Shown here: in pieces, positions 38,167 to 48,907 of the stretch
How positions within the stretch are numbered: the stretch's first letter is position 1
Layout: every line of letters begins with the position of its first letter
Assembly: GCA_046302815.1 (NCBI GenBank)
Contig: JBKCHO010000014.1
Span: forward strand, 6,530 to 70,529
Origin: Bacteroidota bacterium
GTDB lineage: Bacteria; Bacteroidota; Bacteroidia; AKYH767-A; OLB10
Direction: 5' to 3'
DNA length: 64,000 nucleotides
Translations under genes and position numbers: made by a program
The notes under the pieces: generated by a model
What the model saw: the letters and a program-made list of their open reading frames with translations, nothing else
The model's database searches: none
Told to the model about the DNA's origin: nothing

Positions 38167-41100
38167 ATGACATGCAATCAAAATTTCCTGAATAGGATTT
38201 TGCTTCTTGTGCTTTTGGGGGTTGGATGCCCATTTGTCATTCATATAGCTTGTGGTCAATCTACTACGATTATAAGCCCAGCAGGAGATGGCGGCTTCGA
38301 AACCGGGACAAGTTGGGCCACGAATGGTTGGACCGTAGCGAATGGCGCAAATACCTCCAACCGCTGGTTCGTCGGTACCGCGGCCACTGGTTTCACAGGC
38401 ACTCAATGTGCTTATATAGGAACGGGGGCGGCCAACAACAATTATGATCCCCTAGTCACCTCAGTAGCTCACTTTTACCGCGACATCTTTGTTCCCGCCG
38501 GACAACCTAACCTCACGCTTACCTTCAGCTGGAAAGGATTCGGGGAAAGTGGCTACGACTACATTCGGGTATATGTGGTTCCAAATACGACCACACCGGT
38601 GGCCGGCACATTGTTGGCAGCTGGTCAAGTTGGTGGCGATTACAACTTGAGCTCAACATGGCAAAATGCCACAATCACTCTACCGACCACTTTTGCAGGA
38701 ACTACGCAAAGGCTTGTTTTTTCTTGGAGAAACGATGCTAGTGTGGGAACAAATCCCGCCGGAGCGGTTGACAATATTTCGCTTGTATCCTCTGCTTCGG
38801 GAGGTTCATGTTCCCAGCTGCTAGGAAGTGGCGTTATCAATGTGGCTTCATTACCATACAACTCGGGAACTGGAACCACTTGCGGTTCCGGAAACGACTT
38901 GACAGCAAACAATACGACCGCCTGCGGATCCAATTTGTATTTGGGTGGTGATGATCAAGTCTGGGTATTTACACCTGCAACCACTGGGTCTGTTGCTATC
39001 GACCTTAACGCACCATCAGCATCCTACACAGGCCTTATGCTTTACCAAGGTTGTCCTGTTTCCTCCGTAGGAGGCGCCGTTTGTGTTGCACAAACTCAAA
39101 GTTCCACAGGTAGCAAAACGCTTTGTGCTACTGTAACGGCCAATGTAACCTATTATCTGGTTTTGGATTCGTGGCCCTCTCCCACTTGTAACTCATATAC
39201 AAACTTATCTATATCCGCTCCTTCCACAGGTGGAGGGGGTCCATCCTGTGCATCATTGATGGGAACGGGATTCACAACCATAGCCTCATTGCCATACAAT
39301 TCCGGATCAGGAACCACATGTGGCCAGGTAAATGATCTTACCTCCACCAATACAGCTGCATGCGGAGCGACTTATTACCTCGACGGAGAAGATCAAGTTT
39401 GGTCATTTACCCCCTCTGCCACGGGACAGATCACCATTGACCTGAACGCACCAACTGCGACTTACACCGGACTCATGCTTTATCAGGGATGTCCGACTTC
39501 AGGTCCTTGCGGCGGAGCATCTACTGCCACTTGTATTGCTCAGAGCCAAAGTTTCGCTGGAAGTAAATCCATTTGCGTAAATGTCACCGCCAATGTAACC
39601 TATTATCTGGTCTTGGACTCATGGCCTTCGCCTGCATGTAATCCTTACACCAATCTTTCCATATCTGCTGTTACCTCTGGAGCGAATGGCTCCGTTTGTA
39701 GCAACGCCATTGCCATCGGGGCATTACCTTACTCGATTAATGGACACACCACTGCATGCGCCGGGAATGATTACACCCCCACAACTGCTGGAATCTGCAA
39801 TGCAACTTTTGCTGCTGGCGAAGATCGGGTGTACGCCTTCAGCGTCACTTCCCCACAATGCATTGGAGTTACTCTCACAAGTGCCAGCAGCAACGATATT
39901 GGATTCTCGGTGTACCAAGGATGCCCTGGAGCAGCAGGAAGCGTTTGTATCGGAAGTAGTGGTGGCGCCACATTGGGAACTTTGTCTGGAACAGTTACTC
40001 TCCCGTCCGCAGGCAGTTACTATATCATTATCGACTCCCAAAACCCAACCACATCGGTTTCATACAATCTCCAGGTTACCTCCTTCGGTTCTGGAGCTCC
40101 AAACGACAGGCCCTTCCAAGCCGTTGCCCTTTCTTTCAACATTACCATGCCGGGAAACAATAGTTGCTCTGGAAATACAGACGAACCCACCAATCCTGGT
40201 TGTTTTGGACCTGTAGGAGGAAATGCACTCAACACGGTTTGGTACAGCTTTACAGCTCCAGCCTCGGGATGTGTGAGGCTGCGCACCGGCGTTGGAACGC
40301 TTTCTAACACGCAAATCGCTGTATATGGTCCCGTAATAGGTACCATTGCTCAAGGCGCAGGCCCTTCTCTTCCTCTAGTTGCATGCAATGATGACCTGCC
40401 ACCTTGCGGAAACAATATTTATCCATCCTCAGCACTGAATTTGACGGGCCTTACTCCAGGAATGACCTACTATGTTTCTGTTGATGGCTATGGAGGACAA
40501 ACCGGATCCTTTACGATGTACATTATGGATTCGGGTGTTGGAGGCACAATACCATTCCCTCCCACACCGGGTCAAGATTGTTCATTGGCTTTCCCTGTTT
40601 GTGATGCCAACATTTCCGTTCCAAACCCTGGACCACAGGCCGTAGGAAACAATTGCGAATTTGGAAGCGGCATCAATTGCCTTGCTTCGGGTGAGCGTGG
40701 TTCTTATTGGTACAAAATCAATATTGCATCCAACGGATTCCTTGAATTCGATATTGTGCCCAATGACTGGCCAGGAGCACCATCGACCACTGCAACTGAT
40801 TATGATTTTGCTGTGTGGAGAACAAGAACTGCTGGAACTCCCGGTCCAGCCGATTGCAATAATCTAGCTACAATTCCTCCAGTAGCCTGCAACTACAGCT
40901 TTCTGGGAGTTACTGGATGTTTCGGAGCAATTGCTGGAACCGCACCAGCAGCCTACCCTGGATTCGGCGGAGCATATCAACCTAGAATTGCCGTCAGCGC
41001 TGGAGACGAATACCTAATCGTCGTCAGTAATTTTACAAACAGTACTTCTGGATTTGTTCTGAATTTCAGCAACAACACACCCTTGCAAGCCTCTCCTCCA

Positions 41101-42924
41101 ACAGGAGGTACCTTGGTGTGGACAGGTTCTTTGAACACCGATTGGTTTAATCCCGAAAACTGGGGAGGGTGTGCCATTCCCAGTTGCATCTACAGTGTTG
41201 CCATTCCACCTGTATCGAACCAACCATCCATCACTGGCACAACAGCCACCTGTGGAAGTATGGATATTTCAGCGGGAGCCACATTGACCTTGAGTGCAAA
41301 CTCACAACTGAAAATCTGTAATAATTTCATGAATAACGGAGCCATTAATGCTCAAACAGGCTCAACCCTGTTGATGCAAAGTGATTCCGTTTTGCAAAAC
41401 CAATTTATTTCTGGAAGCCTAACAGGAGCCAATCGCTTATGGAATCTTACCATCAATAAACCTGCGACAAATGGCGGGAACACTGTTGTGCTAAACAACG
41501 ATTTGGAAAATGCAGGTAACTTCACCGTAGGTGCATCTCCCACTTATGCAGGCGGCATATTCAACGCAGCAAGTAGATACCATAAAGTGGGTGGCAATTT
41601 CAATATCTTCTATTCAGCAAGTCCCTATGCAACTTACAGTGCGGCAGGAAATACTTTGGAGTTCAATGGCACAGCTGCACAAAACTACTTCAACCGAGGC
41701 GCTCTTAACAACATTGTGATGAATCATACCGGGCCAGGACTTACTTTGGGTAACAGCGGTGTGGCCGACTGGATGGTGGTTACAGGTATTCTTACTTTAA
41801 ACCAAGGAAAGATTATCACCTCGGCTGCCAATCGTGTTAATGTAATCAACAACGCACCTACGGCTGTAACCAGCGGAACCACTACCAGCTTTGTTGATGG
41901 AAATCTTAGAAGGTCATTTGCTGCCACAGGAGGATCCTACGATTTCCCCGTAGGCACCACTGCCAAAGGATTTCAAAGGATCAATTTCAATTTCCCAGGT
42001 GGCAACGACAGAAGCTATGCAATTGCATCATTTGTAAACACATCACCTGGAACTCCTAGTCCCGTGCTTGGGCCGGAATGCCTATACAGCATGTACGACC
42101 AGTCGCCTTTGAACAACGGCTACTGGCTTATAAGTGCCGTACCCTCCACCGGTACTGCGGGTTTTACGACAACTGCCTACCCAACCAACTACACAAATGC
42201 AACAGCAGGTTTCACCTTAATGCGTAGAGCCAACGGCACTTCCACCTGGGGACTAGAAGGAACTTGTGTGTTCCCGGGACCCATTACGGCTATACAGCGT
42301 ACCGGCATGACCACCATGGCAACGAATACGGGTTTTGCTGTTGCTCAATCCCTTTCTCCATTGCCAATAGAATTACTTGACCTAAGTGCTAGGGGTCAGG
42401 ATAACCATATTTTATTGGAATGGTCAACTGCGAGTGAGACAAATAATTCAGGATTTGAAATCATGAGAAGTGTAAATGGCGCCGATTTCGAAAAAATAAG
42501 TTGGATGGATGGCCATGGTAATTCGAACCAAATTTTGAATTACCAATTCAAGGATTTTGATGTGAACTCCAACGAGGCCTATTATTATCGTCTTAACCAG
42601 ATTGATTTCGATGGTACTGCAACTCTTACAGAAATTGTTACTGCCAAATTGAACTCCTCTAATGTGCAGATATCGGCTTGGCCAAACCCATTCCAAAATA
42701 GCACCAACATTGTATTGAATTTGGACAAATCGGCATCCACCGAGATATTTATCGTAAACACTCTAGGCCAAGTCGTTGCTGAACTTTCTAAAGGCCAATT
42801 GGATGCAGGCTCACACTTTTTCCTTTTTGATCTTGAAAAGAGCGGCTGTGAATCAGGTGTTTACACGGTCATTTTGCGTATTGATGATCAAATGGAGCAC
42901 CTTAGAATAGTTTCAAGAGATTGA
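38167..42924 (+). CDS. Large (~1585 aa) Cys-rich repeat T9SS cargo protein, adhesin-like; start uncertain (38122 or 38167)
   Basis: Signal peptide; tandem ~146-150-aa Cys-rich beta-sandwich repeats; PLPIELL..LEWSTASETNNSGFEIMRS..YYRLNQIDFDG pre-CTD module; CTD WPNPF. Confidence 0.85.
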   Translation: MTCNQNFLNRILLLVLLGVGCPFVIHIACGQSTTIISPAGDGGFETGTSWATNGWTVANGANTSNRWFVGTAATGFTGTQCAYIGTGAANNNYDPLVTSVAHFYRDIFVPAGQPNLTLTFSWKGFGESGYDYIRVYVVPNTTTPVAGTLLAAGQVGGDYNLSSTWQNATITLPTTFAGTTQRLVFSWRNDASVGTNPAGAVDNISLVSSASGGSCSQLLGSGVINVASLPYNSGTGTTCGSGNDLTANNTTACGSNLYLGGDDQVWVFTPATTGSVAIDLNAPSASYTGLMLYQGCPVSSVGGAVCVAQTQSSTGSKTLCATVTANVTYYLVLDSWPSPTCNSYTNLSISAPSTGGGGPSCASLMGTGFTTIASLPYNSGSGTTCGQVNDLTSTNTAACGATYYLDGEDQVWSFTPSATGQITIDLNAPTATYTGLMLYQGCPTSGPCGGASTATCIAQSQSFAGSKSICVNVTANVTYYLVLDSWPSPACNPYTNLSISAVTSGANGSVCSNAIAIGALPYSINGHTTACAGNDYTPTTAGICNATFAAGEDRVYAFSVTSPQCIGVTLTSASSNDIGFSVYQGCPGAAGSVCIGSSGGATLGTLSGTVTLPSAGSYYIIIDSQNPTTSVSYNLQVTSFGSGAPNDRPFQAVALSFNITMPGNNSCSGNTDEPTNPGCFGPVGGNALNTVWYSFTAPASGCVRLRTGVGTLSNTQIAVYGPVIGTIAQGAGPSLPLVACNDDLPPCGNNIYPSSALNLTGLTPGMTYYVSVDGYGGQTGSFTMYIMDSGVGGTIPFPPTPGQDCSLAFPVCDANISVPNPGPQAVGNNCEFGSGINCLASGERGSYWYKINIASNGFLEFDIVPNDWPGAPSTTATDYDFAVWRTRTAGTPGPADCNNLATIPPVACNYSFLGVTGCFGAIAGTAPAAYPGFGGAYQPRIAVSAGDEYLIVVSNFTNSTSGFVLNFSNNTPLQASPPTGGTLVWTGSLNTDWFNPENWGGCAIPSCIYSVAIPPVSNQPSITGTTATCGSMDISAGATLTLSANSQLKICNNFMNNGAINAQTGSTLLMQSDSVLQNQFISGSLTGANRLWNLTINKPATNGGNTVVLNNDLENAGNFTVGASPTYAGGIFNAASRYHKVGGNFNIFYSASPYATYSAAGNTLEFNGTAAQNYFNRGALNNIVMNHTGPGLTLGNSGVADWMVVTGILTLNQGKIITSAANRVNVINNAPTAVTSGTTTSFVDGNLRRSFAATGGSYDFPVGTTAKGFQRINFNFPGGNDRSYAIASFVNTSPGTPSPVLGPECLYSMYDQSPLNNGYWLISAVPSTGTAGFTTTAYPTNYTNATAGFTLMRRANGTSTWGLEGTCVFPGPITAIQRTGMTTMATNTGFAVAQSLSPLPIELLDLSARGQDNHILLEWSTASETNNSGFEIMRSVNGADFEKISWMDGHGNSNQILNYQFKDFDVNSNEAYYYRLNQIDFDGTATLTEIVTAKLNSSNVQISAWPNPFQNSTNIVLNLDKSASTEIFIVNTLGQVVAELSKGQLDAGSHFFLFDLEKSGCESGVYTVILRIDDQMEHLRIVSRD

Positions 42925-43058
42925 TTATCAAAATAATTTGATGCAGCTTACAACTTGCCTCAGCCTTGTTAGAATTTCAGAAAGGCTTTATTTTCAGCGA
43001 AAAACCTTTGAAATAAGCGCGTTTTTTAGTTACTTTGCAGCCCTTTGAAAAACAGGGC

Positions 43059-43994
43059 ATGGCCAGAGAAGTAAAAATATTTTCAGGAACCGCTTCCAGA
43101 TACCTCGCCGAGCAGATTGCCGAACAATACGGCGCTCCTCTTGGTGATGTGATTGTTAGTCGCTTTTCTGACGGAGAGATGTCGCCCTACTTTGATGAAA
43201 GTGTCAGAGGTTGTGATGTCTTCATCATCCAATCCACCTTTTCTCCTTCAGAGAATCTTTTTGAACTTCTTCTTTTAATAGACGCTGCCAAGAGGGCTTC
43301 AGCACATTACATCACTGCCGTGATTCCGTATTTCGGCTATGCCCGATCTGACCGCAAGGACAAACCCAGGGTGGCTATTGGATCCAAACTGGTTGCCAAT
43401 CTACTGAGTGCCGCCGGTGTCACTAGGGTCATGACAATGGATTTACATGCTCCCCAGATACAAGGCTTCTTCGATGTGCCTGTAGACCACCTTGATGCCT
43501 CAAGCGTTTTCGTGCCATATATCAAGAGCCTAAACCTGGATAACCTGATTATTGCCGCGCCAGACATGGGTGGTGTACATAGGGCTCGAGAATATGCCAA
43601 GTATTTCAGTGCAGACATGGTCATTTGCGATAAGCATCGCAAAAGGGCCAACGAAGTTGAGGGCATGACCCTTATTGGTGATGTGGTTGGCAAGAATGTC
43701 GTTCTGGTAGACGATATCGTTGATACAGCTGGCACACTTTCCAAAGCTGCACAAATGATTATGGATCGAGGAGCGAATAGTGTAAGAGCATTCTGCACAC
43801 ATCCTGTTTTGTCTGGCAGAGCCTATGAGCGCGTCGAAGAATCGGCTCTCACCGAACTCATCGTTTGTGATACAATTCCATTGCGTCAGCAATCACCAAA
43901 GATTACCGCGTTGCCTACCGCTGAGTTGTTCGCCAAAGCTATCCAAAGGGTTTATTCATATAAATCCATCAGTACCTTATTCATCAAAGCATAA
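43059..43994 (+). CDS. prs: Ribose-phosphate pyrophosphokinase; start MAREV
   Basis: FSDGE, PYFGYARSDRK, MDLHAPQIQGFF and VDDIVDTAGT. Confidence 0.97.
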   Translation: MAREVKIFSGTASRYLAEQIAEQYGAPLGDVIVSRFSDGEMSPYFDESVRGCDVFIIQSTFSPSENLFELLLLIDAAKRASAHYITAVIPYFGYARSDRKDKPRVAIGSKLVANLLSAAGVTRVMTMDLHAPQIQGFFDVPVDHLDASSVFVPYIKSLNLDNLIIAAPDMGGVHRAREYAKYFSADMVICDKHRKRANEVEGMTLIGDVVGKNVVLVDDIVDTAGTLSKAAQMIMDRGANSVRAFCTHPVLSGRAYERVEESALTELIVCDTIPLRQQSPKITALPTAELFAKAIQRVYSYKSISTLFIKA

Positions 43995-44022
43995 AAACCC
44001 ATTCATTCAATACTTACCAGTC

Positions 44023-44607
44023 ATGAAATCATTTCAACTTACCGGAACAAAGAGAACCGTATTAACGAAGCAGGAAACCAAAAAGCTGCGGGATGCAGAC
44101 ATGGTTCCATGTGTGCTGTATGGCGGTTCCGAAAATGTGCATTTCTCAGCACCAACCCTAGACTTCAGGGGCCTGGTTTACACTCCGGAAGTGTTTACCG
44201 TTAATATCGATATCGATGGTAAAACCCACCAAGCTGTCATGCAGGAGATACAATTTCATCCTGTAACCGATAAGCTCATGCACATCGATTTCTTGGAAAT
44301 CAATCCCGGAAAACCTGTCGTGATAAACCTTCCCGTTAAAATAAACGGAACATCCGAAGGTCAGCGTCAAGGTGGTAAACTAGTTACCAAGGTGCGCAAA
44401 CTGAAAGTTCGCTCCCTAATCAACCATTTGCCTGACGCGGTCAATGTGGATATCAACGCTCTTCAAATTGGCCAGTCTATTCGTGTTGGTGATTTGAAAA
44501 TCGAAGGTGTTGAGTTCCTTGATTCTCCTAACAACATCCTAGTTGGTATTCGTACTACCAGGAATGTCGTTGAGAATCCAGCAGCCGACGCCAAAGCATC
44601 CAAATAA
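44023..44607 (+). CDS. rplY: 50S ribosomal protein L25/Ctc; start MKSFQ
   Basis: VPCVLYG, EIQFHPVTDKLMHIDF and GQSIRVGDL; prs-rplY-pth synteny. Confidence 0.96.
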   Translation: MKSFQLTGTKRTVLTKQETKKLRDADMVPCVLYGGSENVHFSAPTLDFRGLVYTPEVFTVNIDIDGKTHQAVMQEIQFHPVTDKLMHIDFLEINPGKPVVINLPVKINGTSEGQRQGGKLVTKVRKLKVRSLINHLPDAVNVDINALQIGQSIRVGDLKIEGVEFLDSPNNILVGIRTTRNVVENPAADAKASK

Positions 44608-44629
44608 TAACAACTAAATACGACCATCC

Positions 44630-45190
44630 TTGAAATTCCTGGTGGTTGGTTTGGGAAATCCCGGAGCCGAATATGCCCACACAAGGCATAACATCGGCTT
44701 CGATGTTTTGGATGAGATAGCCAAAAAATCAAACGGTGTGTTCACCCAAGAGAGGCACGGTTTAATTTGCAGAATCAAAATCCGCGGCAAAGTTGCCATC
44801 CTACTCAAGCCAAACACCTTCATGAATCTGAGTGGTAAGGCTGTCAATTATTGGATGCAACAGGAGCATGTTCCTCTCAATAACTTGTTGGTTGTTACCG
44901 ACGACCTAGCACTACCTCCAGGAACCATCCGAATTCGACTCAAGGGAAGCGACGGGGGTCACAACGGTCTGAAAAGCATCAACGAAACATTGAATACCAC
45001 CGAATACGCCCGATTGCGTTTCGGCATTGGAAGCGACTTTCCAAAAGGACATCAGGCCGATTATGTATTGAGTGTTTGGGGTGAAGATCAAGCACTTACA
45101 GTTGCAGAAAAAACCCAAAAGGCCGTAGAGGCCATCACCCAGTACATTGGTTCCGGACCCGTATTTGCCATGAACCAATTCAATGATTAA
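44630..45190 (+). CDS. pth: Peptidyl-tRNA hydrolase; TTG start
   Basis: VGLGNPG, TRHNIGF, KPNTFMNLSG, GGHNGLKSI and RLRFGIG. Confidence 0.97.
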   Translation: MKFLVVGLGNPGAEYAHTRHNIGFDVLDEIAKKSNGVFTQERHGLICRIKIRGKVAILLKPNTFMNLSGKAVNYWMQQEHVPLNNLLVVTDDLALPPGTIRIRLKGSDGGHNGLKSINETLNTTEYARLRFGIGSDFPKGHQADYVLSVWGEDQALTVAEKTQKAVEAITQYIGSGPVFAMNQFND

Positions 45191-45278
45191 TAAACTTGTT
45201 CAATCTGTTTGGTACATGATTTGTTGACTTGAAACTAAAAAAGCTTTAATTTGTACTTATAAATACCTTACTATTAAA

Positions 45279-46079
45279 ATGAAAAAACAACTACTCGCAA
45301 CCGTTTTATCGATAACCTCCCTCTTTTTTGGATCAGGAATTAATGCCCAAAATATCATTTTGAGTACGGGTTTTGACAACTACCAGGGGACTGCAGCATC
45401 CGTACCTGCGGGATTCAATATCTCTTGGAATTGTAACTCCACGCTTGATACGGCCTGTATAACCAACTCCTTTTACACCACCAATACCAATTTCGGCGCT
45501 TCAGCACCCTCCTACAAATTCGGTATCGATGGGGCAACCATTGTAACCCCAATGGTATCAAGTGCCGACTCCATCACCTTTTGGGGCAAAGGCCAGAATG
45601 TATCTGGACCCAGCACATTGATTATTTCATCAAGCCCTGATAATGTCAATTGGACGGTAGTAACCTCTTTGAGCAATCTGCCCAACAACTCATCTACAAC
45701 CTTCAGTGTACCCTTGCAGCAATTCACTGGCTATTTGAAATTCTTTTACGATAAGGATTTTGGAAACTTGAGTTTTGATGATTTAAAGGTTTACAGTAGT
45801 GTGGTAGGCATTGCCGAAACTGGCACTCGTGAAGAAATCGCAGTTTATCCTTCTCCAACTTCAGGACCAATCAACATCCGAATCTCTTCCAAGTCCACAA
45901 CTGATCCCTATGTTGAGGCTTTCGATATGTTGGGCAACAAAGTATATGCCGCATACCCCGAGCGTCGCGGAAAAGGAATTTACAACCTCGATTTATCAGA
46001 CAAAAACAAAGGATTCTATTTCCTTAAGATCCGAACCGGAAACCAAGTCGTTTCCCGTCGCGTTACCATTACAAACTGA
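45279..46079 (+). CDS. Small T9SS cargo protein (one beta-sandwich domain plus CTD)
   Basis: Signal peptide; FDDLKV end of a beta-sandwich; CTD YPSPTSG..DMLGNKV..KGFYFLKI. Confidence 0.75.
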   Translation: MKKQLLATVLSITSLFFGSGINAQNIILSTGFDNYQGTAASVPAGFNISWNCNSTLDTACITNSFYTTNTNFGASAPSYKFGIDGATIVTPMVSSADSITFWGKGQNVSGPSTLIISSSPDNVNWTVVTSLSNLPNNSSTTFSVPLQQFTGYLKFFYDKDFGNLSFDDLKVYSSVVGIAETGTREEIAVYPSPTSGPINIRISSKSTTDPYVEAFDMLGNKVYAAYPERRGKGIYNLDLSDKNKGFYFLKIRTGNQVVSRRVTITN

Positions 46080-46094
46080 TAAAAAGTTTACAGC

Positions 46095-46127
46095 AAAAAA
46101 AAAGGTCCTCTTCGAGGACCTTTTTTT
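46095..46127. terminator. Bidirectional intrinsic terminator
   Basis: A-run-GGTCCTC-TTC-GAGGACC-T-run between convergent genes. Confidence 0.88.
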
Positions 46128-46140
46128 ATGATCAGCCTGT

Positions 46141-47673
46141 TTAAAGACGAGGCGATCTGAAAGCTGTATTCAACATAGATCCTATTGAAGATATCTGAAC
46201 TCGTTCCTGCTTCATTGAATCCCTGTGACGGATAGTGACTGTGTGGTCCTCGGTTGTTTGATGATCCACCGTGATACAAACGGGTGTTCCAATGGCATCT
46301 TGCCTTCTATATCTTTTACCTATGGAATCTTTCTCATCGTATTGACACATGTAATCCGACTTTAAGGAATCCATAATCTCCCTGGCCTTCTCGGGCAATC
46401 CATCCTTTTTAACCAATGGAAGCACAGCCACCTTAACCGGAGCAAGAAACGCTGGGATTCGAAGCACAACGCGCTCGGAGCCATCTTCAAGCTTTTCCTC
46501 TGTATATGCGTATGACATGACTGCCAAAAACAATCGATCAAGCCCAACGGATGTCTCAACAACATACGGAACATAGCTTTCATTAAGTTCGGGGTCGAAG
46601 TATTGTAGCTTTTTACCGGAGAAAGACTCGTGTGACTTCAGATCGAAATCCGTACGAGAATGGATTCCCTCCAGCTCCTTGAATCCAAACGGGAACATGA
46701 ACTCAATATCACACGCCGCATTGGCATAATGGGCCAGCTTAATGTGATCGTGAAAGCGGTGGCACCCCTCGTCAAAACCAAGGGATCTATGCCATTTCAT
46801 TCTGGTGTTTTTCCAATATTCATACCACTGCATTTCGGTGCCGGGCTTTACAAAAAACTGCATCTCCATTTGCTCAAACTCTCGCATACGGAAAATGAAC
46901 TGTCTAGCCACTATTTCATTTCGGAAGGCCTTCCCGGTCTGTGCTATTCCAAAGGGCACCTTCATTCGACCTGTCTTATGCACATTTAAAAAATTCACAA
47001 ATATGCCCTGTGCGGTCTCAGGCCTAAGGTATAAAGCAGATGACTCCTCACTAACGGATCCCATCTGGGTTGAAAACATCAAATTGAACTGTCGTACATC
47101 CGTCCAGTTTCGTGTGCCAGATACAGGACATACGATTTCCAAATCAATGATAATTTGCTTCACCGCATCCATATCGGAAGCATCCATTGCGGATTTGAAA
47201 CGATTATTGATGTCGTTTATCTTAGCTTGATTCTCTAGTACCCTAGGATTTGTTCCTCTGAATTGGTCTTCATTGAAAGCGTCCCCGAATCGTTCACGAG
47301 CCTTTGAAACCTCCTTATTGATTTTGGTTTCAATCTTGGCAACATGGTCCTCTATCAAAACATCCGCACGGTAACGCTTCTTTGAATCCTTGTTGTCGAT
47401 GAGCGGATCGTTGAAAGCATCCACATGGCCTGAAGCCTTCCAAGTGGTTGGATGCATGAATATGGCCGCATCTATTCCCACAATATTCTCATGCAACCTG
47501 GTCATTGAATTCCACCAGTAGGACCTGATATTGTTTTTCAGTTCAGAGCCGTATTGACCGTAGTCGTAAACAGCACTCAATCCATCATAAATCTCACTTG
47601 ATGGAAATACAAATCCGTACTCCTTGCAGTGGGAGACCAGATTTTTGAATAAGTCATCGTTGTTGGCAGCCAT
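46141..47673 (-). CDS. glyS: Glycine-tRNA ligase, homodimeric (alpha2) type
   Basis: SEIYDG, YLRPETAQGIF, FRNEI, FRMREFEQME, ELEGIHSRTDFDL and IGKRYRRQD. Confidence 0.96.
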   Translation of the reverse strand: MAANNDDLFKNLVSHCKEYGFVFPSSEIYDGLSAVYDYGQYGSELKNNIRSYWWNSMTRLHENIVGIDAAIFMHPTTWKASGHVDAFNDPLIDNKDSKKRYRADVLIEDHVAKIETKINKEVSKARERFGDAFNEDQFRGTNPRVLENQAKINDINNRFKSAMDASDMDAVKQIIIDLEIVCPVSGTRNWTDVRQFNLMFSTQMGSVSEESSALYLRPETAQGIFVNFLNVHKTGRMKVPFGIAQTGKAFRNEIVARQFIFRMREFEQMEMQFFVKPGTEMQWYEYWKNTRMKWHRSLGFDEGCHRFHDHIKLAHYANAACDIEFMFPFGFKELEGIHSRTDFDLKSHESFSGKKLQYFDPELNESYVPYVVETSVGLDRLFLAVMSYAYTEEKLEDGSERVVLRIPAFLAPVKVAVLPLVKKDGLPEKAREIMDSLKSDYMCQYDEKDSIGKRYRRQDAIGTPVCITVDHQTTEDHTVTIRHRDSMKQERVQISSIGSMLNTAFRSPRL

Positions 47674-47796
47674 GCAGCAAAATTAGGAATTATGCTTCAC
47701 AACCAACCGCCCCTACAAAGAGAAGCAACATGACTAATGCAAATCCAAGGCTCTGCCTATCAAAAACTAAATAAACGAGAATCTTTCATGACTCGG

Positions 47797-48855
47797 TCAT
47801 TTCGAGCCCCAGAGCCGCTGTACGCCTCTTCGAAAATCCAATTTGTATGCTAGTTCGAGTGCAATGAAACTGTGTGCATCCTTACTTGATGGATTACCCC
47901 TTGGGCTCATGCCTACTCCGTTTGGATTTCCACGACCCAAACCGGTAGGATCAGAAATATACAATGCCAACTCCTGTTTAATCGGATCTCCAGAATATGT
48001 AGAGGCGATTTCACTATAAGTTGGATACCTGTTGCTTACATCATCTATTAAATCGGTGAAAAACATATAATATCCGAATTCCATTGAGGCGGTCAAACTC
48101 TTGGAAAGGCCATAGCGCAGTCCAAAACCCAAGGGAATTGCCAAATTCACCATTTTACTTTTCTTGGTCAATTTACCCTCAACCGTTGCGGAACCGCCTT
48201 CTGTTATCCAATCATTCAATTCAGTTTCATATTCGCCATCTTTTTCAATTATGTTTCCTTCACTACCTGGTCCCCCATAGGCTATATCACGAATGGTGCC
48301 ATCAGGCCAATAATGATATCTGTTGTTTATATCGATATCTCCATTGAACAAATCGGCCTTTGGCGCTCCGTAATAAGCACCAATGCCCGTGAAAAAGAAA
48401 AACGCCGGAGGCTGTAAATGGAGCGGAACCCTAGGGTTCTTGTAATAGGTATATGTGACATGAGTGGAAATTCCAAATAGATCATTTCTGAACCCGATAC
48501 CCCGTCCATAATTACGAAGCTCAAAGCCTTCTCTTCCTCCGTAAGGAATCACCTCATCCAGTTGCAATCGGTTCCAAGAAAGCCTTATTTCAGCTGATAC
48601 TGGACGATAAAATTGTCCAGAATAAGACCCGGGTTTCAGAAAATTCCTAAAAGTAACAGCAACTCCTGGTTGCGTGGAGTTTGACTTAAACCAATCGTCA
48701 TGACCCAAATCCCCGTAATAATTAGTAATCCCACTGGAGAGTCCTATTTCTACTGGGCTCTGCGCTGTGGATTTTCCAAAATAAAGCAGCGATAGTGAAA
48801 CAAGCAATAAGTTCCTTGTCATGGCAATTGTTTGATAAGGTTTTATCAATACCAA
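47797..48855 (-). CDS. Outer membrane beta-barrel protein (PorT/DUF6089-like); start may be MTRN at 48822
   Basis: Signal peptide, G.TNYYGDL, IPLGFGLRY, and TDLIDDVS..GNPSSKD pattern. Confidence 0.62.
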   Translation of the reverse strand: MVLIKPYQTIAMTRNLLLVSLSLLYFGKSTAQSPVEIGLSSGITNYYGDLGHDDWFKSNSTQPGVAVTFRNFLKPGSYSGQFYRPVSAEIRLSWNRLQLDEVIPYGGREGFELRNYGRGIGFRNDLFGISTHVTYTYYKNPRVPLHLQPPAFFFFTGIGAYYGAPKADLFNGDIDINNRYHYWPDGTIRDIAYGGPGSEGNIIEKDGEYETELNDWITEGGSATVEGKLTKKSKMVNLAIPLGFGLRYGLSKSLTASMEFGYYMFFTDLIDDVSNRYPTYSEIASTYSGDPIKQELALYISDPTGLGRGNPNGVGMSPRGNPSSKDAHSFIALELAYKLDFRRGVQRLWGSK

Positions 48856-48907
48856 TGTAGAGAAAACGAACTAAAAAAACAACTGACTAAAGTCAGTTTT
48901 GCCCGAT

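Noticed and set aside
43825-44022. N-terminal extension of rplY in the ORF track (260 aa)
   Set aside because: It overlaps prs. The true start is the ATG at 44023, giving a normal 194-aa L25/Ctc.
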